This document shows positions 63,941-64,000 of a DNA stretch of 64,000 nt, one piece after another. Positions within the stretch are counted from its first letter, which is position 1, and each line of letters begins with the position of its first letter. The stretch comes from Tubulanus polymorphus. Lineage: Eukaryota; Animalia; Nemertea. Made by a program: the position numbers and the translations under genes. The notes under the pieces were generated by a model that was not told the DNA's origin, did not search any database, and saw nothing but the letters and a program-made list of their open reading frames with translations. The stretch is taken from NCBI RefSeq assembly GCF_964204645.1, contig NC_134026.1:21424150-21488149 (forward strand). Direction: 5' to 3'.

Positions 63941-64000
63941 TCTATAGCAGGGTTGCTACAAATTTTTCCCATAAATTTTGTTAACGAGTCTCACTGGGAT

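Overview
Eukaryotic, intron-rich, AT-rich genomic DNA from an invertebrate animal; the repeat types suggest a marine lophotrochozoan (inference only). I assembled gene models by hand from GT-AG exons. Left to right: exon 1 of a PIPOX/sarcosine-oxidase paralog running off the left edge; a complete 8-exon PIPOX (-); RRP12 (+), head-to-head with PIPOX; a 13-exon GPI-type melanotransferrin-like gene (-); a 9-exon secreted protein with two PEBP-like domains (-); about 7 kb with no recognisable gene; and the 3' part of an ABCA1-like transporter (-) whose start lies beyond the right edge. Introns and intergenic DNA carry many short non-autonomous transposons. The most notable observations are: (1) a 2.55-kb element with ~150-bp TIRs, TAT..ATA ends and a perfect 6-bp TSD (IS3EU-type signature) splitting the PIPOX/RRP12 shared promoter; (2) a foldback element built from inverted 40-bp arrays in a PIPOX intron; (3) a transferrin lacking most iron/carbonate ligands in both lobes; (4) a secreted double-PEBP protein with degenerate ligand pockets; (5) a two-exon C-terminal extension on the ABCA. 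I found no CRISPR array, rRNA or intact tRNA, and nothing I can claim as a wholly new system. No database search was run; identities rest on recognised motifs.
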